This document shows positions 26,501 to 38,010 of a DNA stretch of 64,000 bases, piece by piece; position 1 is the stretch's first letter, and each line of letters starts with the position of its first letter. Source of the DNA: Octopus sinensis (lineage: Eukaryota); NCBI RefSeq assembly GCF_006345805.1, contig NC_043006.1:66030001-66094000 (forward strand), given 5' to 3'. The notes beneath the pieces are model-generated. The model worked only from the letters and a program-made list of their open reading frames with translations. It was not told the origin of the DNA and searched no databases. Both the position numbers and the translations under genes were made by a program.

Positions 26501-26620
26501 TAAGCAGCCAGCTTTCCCTTTTTCTGGCAAGGATGTAGTCGATTTGGCTAGTATGCTGGCCCGATCAGTAGGTGACCAGGTGGCTTGTTGGTTTCCTGAA
26601 GTTAGTGTTGCAAATCATAA
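23557..26620 (-). mobile_element. 5'-truncated RTE-clade LINE (end of APE domain, RT, 3'UTR, (TGA)n tail)
   Basis: ORFs 25646-26230, 25010-25645 (QFGF.PGKSTTDAIF, GVHQGSVL, LLYADDL), 24556-25062 and 24151-24549 (RLRWYGHV..GRGRPRKTW), with few frameshifts. Confidence 0.95.
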
Positions 26621-27416
26621 GACTATTCGCATCATATATCATGCAATGGGACTGAAACTGGAACCTGTCCCTCTATGCAAAAAACTTTTTCTATAATACA
26701 TAAAGATTAAATCAATTTATTAAGAGAACAACAAAGAATTTATTAAGCCGTACCTGATTTCGCTGGTGTGATTGTATGGAAGGCTAACTTGAACAACTTA
26801 ATGCAGTGTTGTTTATTTTCCTCCCATTAAGATATTTTGAGTCACGGACAACAACATGGCCCCACCACCACTACCACCGCCTGCACCAAAGAAAAAGATA
26901 GTCACTTTGCTGAAAGAGCAGCTTAATAAATTCATTTATTTTACCGTCATTTAAAGCTATTTTTGTTAAATATTGGTTATTGTTTTTGCTGAATAAAATT
27001 TGTTGAAAAAAAAAAAAACCCTGCAATAATTATGCACCAACCCAATACAATGCATTTGCAGAGGTGTGTGTAACAATATTTAGAAGTTAAAGTTTATTAT
27101 CAGCTCTGGCTAATTCTAGAGGGCATTTTATGTCATAAATTGCAAATTGTGAACTACAAAAATACTGACTGTTTTGAAAACTTTTTTTTTTGTTTTTGCA
27201 TTTCCCATTTATATTATTCATTGATATTTCATATTCGCATTTGATACTATAGTTTAAAAAAAAAAAAAAAAAAAAAACTAAAATGTTTATTATTGCACTT
27301 GAATAGATAAGGATAAATATACTTTATTTCAGCGATCCTCATTTGGGACTTAGCTGAAAAATTTATCACAATTTCCAAAACAATTCACATATGAAGAAAA
27401 TTTAAATACTATACAC

Positions 27417-28216
27417 GGATCTTCTTCTTTTGAACGGCAGTTTGTAACATAATTTCTAGGTAACTGAAATGTTTTAAACTTCGTATACTGGCAGAATGTG
27501 TTTATAAAACATCATTTTCTCTTGGTTTTATTGAGAAAATTCTATAGTTTGTAAGATATTTCGTCTGAAAATCCGAGCATTTCAGCAATTTTAACCAATC
27601 GATTACCTCCATTGAACTAAAATCATTTGCTGCATCTAAAACTGAGACAACATCCTGTAACTAACCCTAAACCTCCCCCTAACCCTAACCCTAAATTTTC
27701 TTTTTCTTAATTGTTACGCGTGTAAAAAAAACTAAAGCAATGGAAAATAATTTAAACAATTAACAAACAAAATAATTCTATAATTTTATACACACACTTT
27801 CCGTACGTATACAGAAAGCGTGTGTTATGGAAAGTGTGTGTATAAAATTATAGAATTATTTTGTTTGTTAATTGTTTAAATTATTTTCCATTGCTTTAGT
27901 TTTTTTTACAGGCGTAACAATTAAATTAATTTAACAATTAAGAAAAAAAAAATTTAGGGTTAGGTTTAGGGTTAGGGGGAAGTTTAGGGTTAGTTACAGG
28001 ATGTTGTCTCAGTTTTAGACGCAGCAAATGATTTTAGCTCAAAAGAGAGCATAGGATTGGTTAAAATTCGAAAAATTAAACTATGTTAAACAAACAAAGT
28101 ACAATTTTCTCAAGAAAGCCAAGAGAAAAGAATGTTTTATTTTGACACATTATACCAGTATACGAAGTTTTAAAGTGTTAACTAGAAATTGTCTGCCGTT
28201 CAAAAGGAAAAGATCC
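27417..28216. mobile_element. 800-bp fold-back MITE with CCCTAA/TTAGGG repeats in both arms
   Basis: Ends GGATCTTCTTCTTTTGAACGGCAG / CTGCCGTTCAAAAGGAAAAGATCC. The inner ~200 bp of the arms is a near-perfect inverted repeat. Confidence 0.9.
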
Positions 28217-28283
28217 CTATACACTATTTTAGCTCCTAAGACACCTGGCAAAGCCAAAAGATGTGAATAAAAAAATTTGACAG

Positions 28284-28597
28284 TTAACACATAAAGTGCA
28301 ACGGGCCACGATCGTGGCCATCGACACAGGTTGACAGGCCACGATTGTGACCCTTATAGATGCATTTAATTTATGGGCGTTTGTTGGGGGTCTAATGCCA
28401 CTCAGACACTCCGATAACCACCAGAATGCAAGAGGACTAATAGTTTAACTAATGACTTTTCAGATGATGTAAAACTTGCCACCATTATATACTAAGAAGA
28501 TATTTTAAAACTATATTTTGTTTTTCACGTGTGCATGGTAGTCTAATTTTCATAAAATGTGTTATGTAAGTGCAAATCCCAGCACTTTATGGGTTAA
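28284..28597. mobile_element. piggyBac-like MITE
   Basis: TTAA-CACATAAAGTGC ... GCACTTTATGGG-TTAA: TIRs with a TTAA target duplication. Confidence 0.75.
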
Positions 28598-29039
28598 TAG
28601 GTTAAAGTCTGGCACATATTCTATCAGACCTTTTTACCGAACTGCTAAGTTATGAAGGCATAAACATACTGGCACTGGTCATCAAGCAATGATGGGGATT
28701 GACACAGATACAGACACACGACGGGCTTCTTTCAGTTTCCGTTTAGCAAATCCGCTCTCAAGTCTTTGGTTGATCCAAGGCCATAGCATTTGACACTTGT
28801 CCAAAGTTCCACGCAGTAAGACCGAACAAGGAATGGTGTGGTTGGGAAGCAAGCTTCTTATTACGCCAGGTGTATGGCAAACATCATTACTTCATTACTG
28901 AAAAATACCTGAAAGGCACAATGAAAGGAGAGCTTAGGATAAAGAAGTTTGAAAAAATATGGATTAAAAAAAAAAAAAAAAATTAATGAGAATGGTAAGC
29001 ATTTCAGAATGTGGGATGTTATATAATGATGCAAGGCAG

Positions 29040-29976
29040 GGAATTGACAGAATCGTTAGTGTGCCGGACTAAATGCTAAGTAACATTTCGTCCGGCTTTA
29101 CGTTTTGTAGCCAAATTCCGTCGAGGTCGACTTTGCCTGTCATGCCTTCGGGGGTTGAAGAATTAAGTACCAGTTGAGCATTGAGTCGATGTAATGGACT
29201 AGCTCCATCTCTCAAACTTTCTATTGTGGAAAAGATTTTATAAAATGACGTAAAACAACGAAAAAAAAAAAAAAAATTAAATTTTGGTGGAAGATTGGTA
29301 ATTTTCGGGGAGAGGTTAGTCAATTATATGAATTCCGATAATCAACTGGTACTTAATATTTACGGACTCCAAAAGATGAAAAAGGCAAAGGCGATGTCGA
29401 CGAATTGTTACAACTATTCGGAAGACGTGGGGGAGGAAGCGGGTTAAAAATGTGATAAATATGGATTTTCGAAAAAAATATTTTAAATTTCTGAATGCGA
29501 ATTACAAGTGTTTCAGTATGTAGGACACTAGAAAATAACGAAAAATACTAAGAAGAAATAACAACAACACAAAAATCCCAAAGAAAAAAAATCTAATGGA
29601 TTTTGTGTTTCTTACATGGTTTATAAACACCTTCCACGCTGCAAAATAAAATAAAAAAGATTAATCTTAATCATGATAGCTATTCTGAAAGTTCACCAAT
29701 CGACTCTGACGGGATTCGAACTTATAACGTGAAGGGAAGTAACTCAATACTCCAAGATATTTTTGGCCGGATACTCTGGGTTTCTTTTGTTAACTACCGC
29801 CATAATTTCGTATATAAAAATAATATACACCCACTGAAATATCTCCATCCTTATAATATTGTATGAAATTGTATCAATTCTATCCATCCGTAGATTCTCC
29901 TTCTCATAACTTTTTCTGTTTGTCTTCGGGAGACGGAAGCTAAAGATATTTCCCAGAATTCCATTCACCAGAAACA
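29040..29976 (+). promoter_or_regulatory. PSMC5: Probable PSMC5 promoter / 5'UTR region
   Basis: Lies directly upstream of the first ATG and is visibly CpG-richer than its surroundings. ETS-like ACGGAAG at 29933-29939. The TSS cannot be determined from sequence. Confidence 0.5.
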
Positions 29977-29997
29977 TGACGAAAATGTCTGAACAGG
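29977..29997 (+). CDS. PSMC5: PSMC5/Rpt6 coding exon 1 (MTKMSEQ)
   Basis: ATG..GAACAG|GTAAGA donor. Ends in EQ at phase 0, like the vertebrate first exon, and is in frame with exon 2. Confidence 0.75.
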
Positions 29998-32234
29998 TAA
30001 GAAACATCTAGTTAATATTACAATAATAGCAAATACTCTGGCAATAAACAGAGACACATATGTATATGCATGCATTGCGCAGGGACGGTTGTCTTTGAAA
30101 ATACAAAAACAACAGTGTTTTTTATATTATCACGGTTTGTTTTTCTACGCTAAAAGAGGGACATCAGTTCCATCATTTCAGAAGTGCAAGTCACTGTGAT
30201 GTGTTTTGTTTTGTACCGGTATTTAACTCCTGCTCACTCCTGCTTGAGCACACACCTATAGTCAAAGACGTTCCAGTTGTGACCACCCTGTTTTTGTGTA
30301 TATCTATAGTCGCACTCTCTACTATATCCTTCCCTTTGTTTCCTTTTTTAAAGATGGCAGGATGTGACTTGTCTGCTATTTCTACCACCGGTCAAGTACT
30401 GCATAGCGACTCCTTTGTTGCTGTTCCTTATGTTTCTTTTTAATTTGAGCCTATCGAATCATTTGACAATCACCCCCTGTGGTTCTTGCCTTTGTTCTTA
30501 TTTATCTTTCCCCTGCCTCCAGTTCATTCATTATCCAACAGACCCCATATATGTTCTAGTTGCAGCCATCCCACTTTTTTCCTCAGATATGATGCCCAGG
30601 ATTAGATTCGGTCTTTTCCTTCCCCTGTTTTTGTTAAGACGGAAGCGTGCTCCAGCATATCTTGACTCAAATACATCCCAACCTTGATTATTCCGTCTTT
30701 TTCCAGACAATGTACCTGGGACTACATTAGCTAGTGTTTCCATTTTTTTTTAACAGTGTGTAATTTAAAGAGTCTGTTATTTCTAGCAAAGTAGTGTGAC
30801 CGCGTTAAGGCACATTCTCATGTGAACAGCTGCTAATTAATTGATCAGTGAAATTTGTAATGGTTGATGTGTCAGAACTGTTTATTTGACTGAGTGAGAA
30901 AGAATGCTATATGACTGATTAGCGGTAACTCCTTCGCCAACGTATTACATACAGCAACTGGCTTTGAATCACTGTTTACCCTTTCTACTTCTGACACAAC
31001 TGCAGTGGCCTCTGTTTCTCCAAAGAACATAAATAATAATGGTTGCAAATTTTGGCCCAAGGCCAGCGATTTCGGGGGAAGAGAAAGTTGATTGCATCGA
31101 TCTCGGTGCTATGCTGGTATTTATTTTATTGACCCCAAGTCACAAAGATAAAGACGAGCACCGCTGAATATGAACTCTGAACATGAAGACAAACAAAATG
31201 CTGTTAAATATTTTGTCCGGCATGCTAATGAGCAGAGGTAAAGCATATGTACACCACCCGTTTTCGGCGTAACAAAAATCTTAATCCTAACCCCTAACCC
31301 TAAACACCAGGTGTGTGTTTACTTACGACTACTAATGTTTCTGCCAGCTCTCTACCTTATAAATAATAATATTCCTTTCTTCTATGGAACCTAACCCTGA
31401 AATTCTGAGGGAGGGTGTAAGTCGATTACACTGATCCCAATACGCAACTGGTACTTACTTTATCGACACTGAAAGGATGAAAGGCAAAGTCAACCTTGGT
31501 GGAATTTGAACTCAGAACGTAAAGACAGACAATGCTATTAGACTAACGATTCTGCTAGCTTACTGTCTTAGAAATAATGGTAATAATAATGATAATATAC
31601 CATGTCTCTCTAGGCCTATCTGTCACATTAAATGCTAATGCTAGTTCTGCAGGACTCCCTTTTCCCCTTAGGAGCCTCAGACGAAGTACACTTTATTTCA
31701 AGTACTTAGATCAGGTCTGATGATAGATTCTGTGGTAACTCATCATTTGTCGTTTCTTCATTATTTTCACTTTGGTTGGTGGACACCCTCCATCTCCTTG
31801 CTTTTGTGCGGTTTACTCTCTTGCATACATTTGAGCCATATCTTGGGTCCAACTTCCTTTGCTCAGACTTAGTGATCCTGCAAAAAGATTATGAGAACCG
31901 TGTTTAAATTAAATAAATGAGACGGAGAAAAAAAAAAAGGCACTCAGTGTATGTATTAAGAGCTCATTAATTTATTTAAAGCTGTGACCCACCCCACCCC
32001 AAGTACTTCTAAAAATGTTTCTGTTGAAATGAGTTGTGACATCACTGATGTCAAGCTGTACAGGCCTTTGCCTTTCCCTTGGATAATATTGGTGGTGTGA
32101 AGAGGGGAGGCTGGTTTGCATGGGCGACTGCTGGTCTTCCATAAATAGCCTTGCATGGACTTGTGCTTCGGAGGGGAACTTTCTAGGTGCAATCCATTGG
32201 TCATTCATGACTGAAGGGGGTGGGGGGGTGTCTT

Positions 32235-32279
<45 letters not shown>

Positions 32280-32419
32280 GTATATATATAACCAGGTTTC
32301 AGAAGATTTGCTCTTTAAGTAATATGGTGATGTGAAAAAAAGAGAAACCCTTTCAGAATAAAGTACCCTTCTAACATACATGTCTAATACTATTAATTAT
32401 AATTTTGTATTCTTTGTAG

Positions 32420-32497
32420 AAAATGGAGATTGATGAGGTTCCTATCCAACAGGATGGGATAAAGTCATATTATATCAGCAAAACTGAAGAGCTTCAA
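32420..32497 (+). CDS. PSMC5: PSMC5 exon 2 (KMEIDEVPIQQDGIKSYYISKTEELQ)
   Basis: TAG acceptor, GTAAGT donor, YY.SK.EELQ motif. Confidence 0.92.
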
Positions 32498-32699
32498 GTA
32501 AGTTTCAGATTTATTTTAGTTGTTGTACAGCTCCAGGTCAGCCCTGATTCAGCAGGCTTAGAATCAAAGGTGTTATAATCACATTTCATCTGTTGTATCC
32601 TCTGGCTTTCTTCAGGTGCCCGTCTTACGGGGTAACCTTGTGGGTGGTTTCTTTTCTTTCCATGGAAGCTTTGAGAAGTGGACAGTAAAATGTGTCATC

Positions 32700-34255
32700 A
32701 TCATCATTGTTTAACATCTGCTTTCCATGCTGGCATGGGTTGGGCGGTTTGACTGACGACTGGTAAGCCGGGAGGCTGCACCGGGCTCCAATCTGATTTG
32801 GCAAGGTTTCTACCACTGAATGCCCTTCGTAATGCCAACCTCTCTGAGAGTGTAGTGGGTGCTTTTTATGTGCTAGTGGCATGGGAGCCAGTCAGGTGGC
32901 ACTGGTATCAACCAAGCTCGAATAGTGCTTCTTACGTGCCAACAGCATGAAAGCTAGTCAGGCGGTACTGGCATCAACCACTCTCAAATAGTGCTTTTTA
33001 TGTGCTACCGGCATAGGCATCGGCCATGCTCAACTGGTGCTTTTTACATGCCACCGGCCACAATGATGATTTCACTTGACTCAACAGGTCTTTTCAAGCA
33101 CAGCATACTGCCTGATGATTGAAGGGTATTTTTAAACAAGCTGGTTATGTGACACTGGCATCAACCAAGGCTACGATCTCACTTGGCTTGCTGGGTCTTC
33201 TCAAAGTAGAACATATCTCCAAAGGTCTCGGTTGCTTGTCATTGACTCTGTGAGGCCCAACGTTTGAAGGTTGTGCTTCACCATCTCATCCCAGGTCTTC
33301 TTGGGTCTACCACTTCCACAGGTTCCCTCCTCTTCTAGGATGTGACACTTTTTTACATAGCTGTCCTCATCCATACACAACACATGACCATACCAGCACA
33401 GCCGTCTCTCTTGCACACCATATCTGATGCTTATGTCCAACTTTTCTCCCAGGGTGCTTACACTCTGTCGTGTATGCACACTGACATTACATATCCAGCA
33501 GATCAAACTAGCTCCATTTCTTTCAAGCCTATGCATGTCCTCAACAGTCATGGCCCTTGTTTCACTGCCATGTAGCATGGCCTTTCGCACACATGCATCA
33601 TACAGTCTACCTTTCACTCTGAGTGAGAGGCCCTTTGTTATCAGAAGTGGTAGGAGCTTCCTGAACTTTGCCCGGCTATTCTTATTGGTGAACTGATCAT
33701 AGGTGAACCCCTACTGCTACACAGAATTCTTCACTATACTCATTGCCATCTTATAGACAGCATCCCTGTACATGGCTTGTACAACTCTCACCAACCACTT
33801 ATCTATCCCTAGTTTCCACATTGACCACCTGATAAGGGATTAGGGGATCCTGTCAAAGGCTTTCTCCATGTCAACGAAAGCCCAAGTACAGAGGTTTATC
33901 TTTGGCTAGGAATTTCTCCTACAGCTGTATTACCAAAAATATAGCATCAATGGTGCTTCTTCCTGGCACAAACCCAAACTGCATCTCTTAACTAACTCTC
34001 TCCCTAATTAGTTTGGCTATGACCTTCTTTGTGGCTTTCATTACCTGATCCAACAATTTGATACCTCTATAATTATTCCTATCTAATGCATCACCTTTAC
34101 CTTTGTAGCAATTGACTATGGCGCTGCTACACCAGTTATTGGGTATGACTCCTTCATGTATCACCTGGTTGACTATATGGGTGACTAGACTATAGCCTAC
34201 ACCGCCAGATATTTCTCACCCATGACATCATGATTCTCTCTCACACGCTGTTTAG
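32700..34255 (-). mobile_element. Internally deleted RTE LINE copy
   Basis: Colinear with 23557-25990 except for two internal deletions. ORF 33201-33617. Confidence 0.9.
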
Positions 34256-34339
34256 ATATATATATATATATATATATATATTTATGGGATAATATATATA
34301 TATTATCCCATAAATAATGTGGTTCTTTTCAATTGCATG

Positions 34340-35115
34340 AACTAGAAGCCGGGGTGGGATGGGATAAACTACCTGCATCAACTTGCTATAAAAGCAGGTA
34401 GTAATTTTACCATGTCCCTATTCTTTGTGCAAGTTTTGAAGAGTGCTGTTCAATTTTTAAGTTATTTTTGAAAGCTATAATGAAAGTGACAAAGCATATT
34501 CAGCATATTTTGCTTTATGAGTTCAATAAAGGCAACAGCACAACAGAAAGTGTGAGGTATATTAATACAGTATATAAGGGTCAGACAATATGCGTAAGAT
34601 AGTGTCAATGGGAGTTCCAGAAATTCCGACCTGGAAACTACAGCCTAGAAGATGAGCCTTGTCCTGAAAGATGTGCAGAGCTTGACGAGGATGTCCTGCA
34701 AACCCTGGTGGAACAAAATCCCATCATAACTGTTGAGGAACTAGCAGAGATGCTTGCATTTGGTCATTCAACGTGTCATTCAAGTCAGCGCTTGAAGGAA
34801 AATGACCGTCTTTGGTTTCAAGATGAAAGGTGTTCTATCAAGATAATCATTGGCTGCATACAGCGGGGATGACATTCGAAAGGCTGGAGCAGTTTGAATG
34901 GGAAATAATGTCCCACCCCCCATATTCACCAGACAATGCCCCATCTGTTCTATATTTAAGAAATGAGGAATTATGTACATTATTTACAATTGACAGATAT
35001 TTGTCCTCATCTTGTTTGTTAACACAATGTTTCGGCTGATATACCCTCTAGCCTTCTTCAGGTGTCTTGGGGAAATTTTGAACCTGGGTTCTCATTCCTA
35101 AGGTATTTTTCGATG

Positions 35116-35151
<36 letters not shown>

Positions 35152-35600
35152 TCATTACGCCATATGCCCACAGGCATATGGCGTAGTGGTTAAGAGTGCG
35201 GGCTACTAATCCCAACATTCTGAGTTCGATTCCAGGCAGTGACCTGAATAATAACAACAACAACGAAAAGTACCATTGGAATGAGAACTCAGGTTCAAAA
35301 TTTCCCCAAGACACCTGATGAAGGCTGGAGGGTATATCAGCTGAAATGTTGTGTTAACAACAAACAAGATGTGGACATATATCCGTCAATTGTAAATAAT
35401 GTAATGTCCCATCTGTTATTTATTCCGCAGTCTTTAAAATCATTTGGATGGAAAAAATATGAATTCTGTAGATGACTTAGTGGAGAAGTATTTTTCATCA
35501 TGAACAAGTGAATTTTGGAAGAGGAACCCTGCAAGTCCATCAGATAGATGGAAGAGCATTGTAGAAAATGGAAGAGAGTTTATTTTAGATTAAAAAAGAA
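34340..35600 (+). mobile_element. Mariner relic interrupted by a fold-back insertion at 34950-35402
   Basis: HTH part, then FERLEQFEWEIMSHPPYSPD.APS, resuming at YLFRSL..HLDG after the insert. Confidence 0.85.
34950..35402. mobile_element. Inverted pair of tRNA-head/hammerhead units (Penelope-like), 15-bp TSD
   Basis: TSD AATGCCCCATCTGTT (34935-49) / AATGTCCCATCTGTT (35403-17). Central 13-bp perfect hairpin at 35156-35185. Degenerate hammerhead cores at 35021-35065 (-) and 35310-35355 (+). Confidence 0.85.
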
Positions 35601-36236
35601 CTTTATTTTAATTTTGAAAAACAGAAATATAAAAAAAACGTGTAATTTATGGGACGACCCGCCAGATCAGATTGGAGTCTCATGCAGCCATCTGGTTTGC
35701 CAGACTTCAGTCAAATCGTCCAACCCATGCTAGCATGGAAAGCGGACGTTAAACAATGATGATGATGATGAATATCATCATTAGCATCATTTAATGTCCG
35801 TTGTCCACACTGGCGTGGGTTGGATGGTTTGACCAGAGCTAGCAAGGTGGAGAGCTGCACCAAGCTTCAGTTGTCTGATTTGGCATGGTTTCTACAGCTG
35901 GATGCCCTTCGTAATACCAACTACTTTATTGAGTGTACTGAGTGCTTTTTACATGGTACCAGACACACACACACATGCATGCGTGCATACACACACACAC
36001 ACACATGATGGATTTCTTTCAGTTTCCATCTATTCAATCTAGGACTATAATAGAAAGTACTTACTCCAGGTGCTGTGTTCTGGGACTGAACCCCAAACCT
36101 TGCAGTCATGAAGCAAACTTCTTAAGCACTCAACAACTATGCCTATTGTATAATAATTCTAAAATAACTTCACCTCAATCTCTACAGCTGAATAAGTGAC
36201 TCCTGTTGTCTAATTATTCCTCAATTATATTTTCAG

Positions 36237-36306
36237 TTGATTGTAACAGAAAAGACGCAAAATTTGCGCCGACTGGAAGCTCAGCGGAATGAACTGAATG
36301 CTAAAG
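36237..36306 (+). CDS. PSMC5: PSMC5 exon 3 (LIVTEKTQNLRRLEAQRNELNAK)
   Basis: CAG acceptor, GTATGT donor, conserved coiled coil. Confidence 0.97.
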
Positions 36307-37112
36307 GTATGTCAATTGTTTGTGATAGGTGTGTCTATTGTGTCATCTTTATAATTATTGGCCTCAGCTGTACATAATGAATCCAATGTTTCATAAAAGG
36401 ATTTTGTTCTTATTGCCGTAGACATTCCTGTAAGGCAATCCTTGTCATCTCTCATTTCGTTGTCTTCTATCTCAGTTGTGCTTTGTCTCTGATCAAGATG
36501 TATAAATGTACCCCCAAAAAATTTTCACTCCCATCTTCAATTCTCAAATATCTGCCAGTTAGAAAAAAACACCATCCAGTCTGTATTATCTAAAGTAAAG
36601 AAACACCCACTCCTAAAAAAAAAAGAAAAACGAAAATAAAACCCAAAATCCTAAAAAAACTGCACTCTGTGAATGGTATTTTAAACCACTCTATCTGATT
36701 ATGAGAACATTGTTTGAAAACAATTATTTGAATGGAAAATTATATGAATGAAAATTATTCAAAAGGACAATTATACTAAACGTTAATTATTTCTAAATTT
36801 TTTTTTTATATTATTTAAGCAAAAATGATAAAATCAAAAATCTAGTACACAAATTATATATATTTCGAAAAATTGTTTTGTGAATAATTGTTTCTGAACA
36901 ATTTTCATGATACCCTTTATAATTTGTTTGTCACTTGACCACGGCCATGCTGGGGCACCACCTTGAACAATTTTTAGTCGAACGAATCAATCCAGTATTT
37001 CTTTTTTTTTTTTTTTCTAAGGCTGGTACTTATTCTATCAGTCTCTTTTACTGCACTGCTAAGTTACAGGAACATACACAAACCAACACCAGTTGTCAAG
37101 CAGTATTGGGGG

Positions 37113-37143
<31 letters not shown>

Positions 37144-37199
37144 CAGAGACATGTAATGTCTGCAACAACATTGGTGCCAGACTATATTCGTCCAAATTG

Positions 37200-38010
37200 G
37201 TGGCCTTGAAAAGTCTTTGTTCTGAGTTCAAATTCTGCTAAAGTTGTCTTTCATTGTTTTGGGGATCGATAAATTAAGTACCAGTGAAACACTGGGGTCA
37301 CTGTAATTGACTATCACAGCCCTCAAAATTTCAGGCCTTGTGCCTGTAGTAGAAATTATTATTATTATTATTATTATCAAGGTGATGAGCTGGCAAAACT
37401 GTTAGCGTGCCAGACATAATGTATACCAGAATTTTGTCTGTCTTTATGTTCTGAGTTCAAATTCCACTGAGGTCAACTTCACTTTTCATCCTTTCAGGGA
37501 TTGATAAAATAAATACCAGTCAAGTACTGGGACTGATATGCTTGACTTCTCCATCCTTTCAGAAACTACTGTGTGCCAAAATTTGAAATCATCATCATCA
37601 TCATTATTATTATTATTATTATTATTAAGGCAGTGATTGGGCAGAATTGTTAGCACACCTGGTAAAATCCTTAGTGGTATTTCATCTGCCATTACGTTCT
37701 GGGTTCAAATTCTGCTGAGGTTGACTTTCAGGGTTGATGTAACTGACTCATTCCCTCTCCCCCACCAAAAGTTACCCATGTGCCAAAATTTGAAAACATT
37801 GTTAAAAGGCAGTGAGCTGGCAGAATCGTTAGCATGCCAGATGAAATACTTACTGGTATTTCACCTGTCACTATGTTCTGAGTTCAAATTCTGCTGAGGT
37901 CGACTTTGCGTTTCATCCTTTCGGGGTTGATAAATTAAGTACCAGTTGAACACTGGGGTTGATGTGATTGTCTCATCCCCACATCACCCAAGCTGCCCTT
38001 GTGGCAAAAA
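37200..38010 (+). mobile_element. Cluster of 3-4 same-orientation SINE family B copies
   Basis: Repeated GAGTTCAAATTC..GTCGACTTTGC..AAGTACCAG units separated by (ATT)n. Confidence 0.8.

Noticed and set aside
29700-29810. Apparent head-to-head gene start (attATGGCG, MAVVNKRNPE) opposite PSMC5
   Set aside because: It aligns with the head of SINE family B (AGGCGG..AGCTGGCAGAA..GAGTTCAAATTCC). No downstream coding exons were found, and no FTSJ3-like neighbour is visible.
35173-35245. Genuine tRNA gene here or at other SINE heads
   Set aside because: A/B boxes are present, but the acceptor and anticodon stems are broken and the segments are embedded in repeat bodies.
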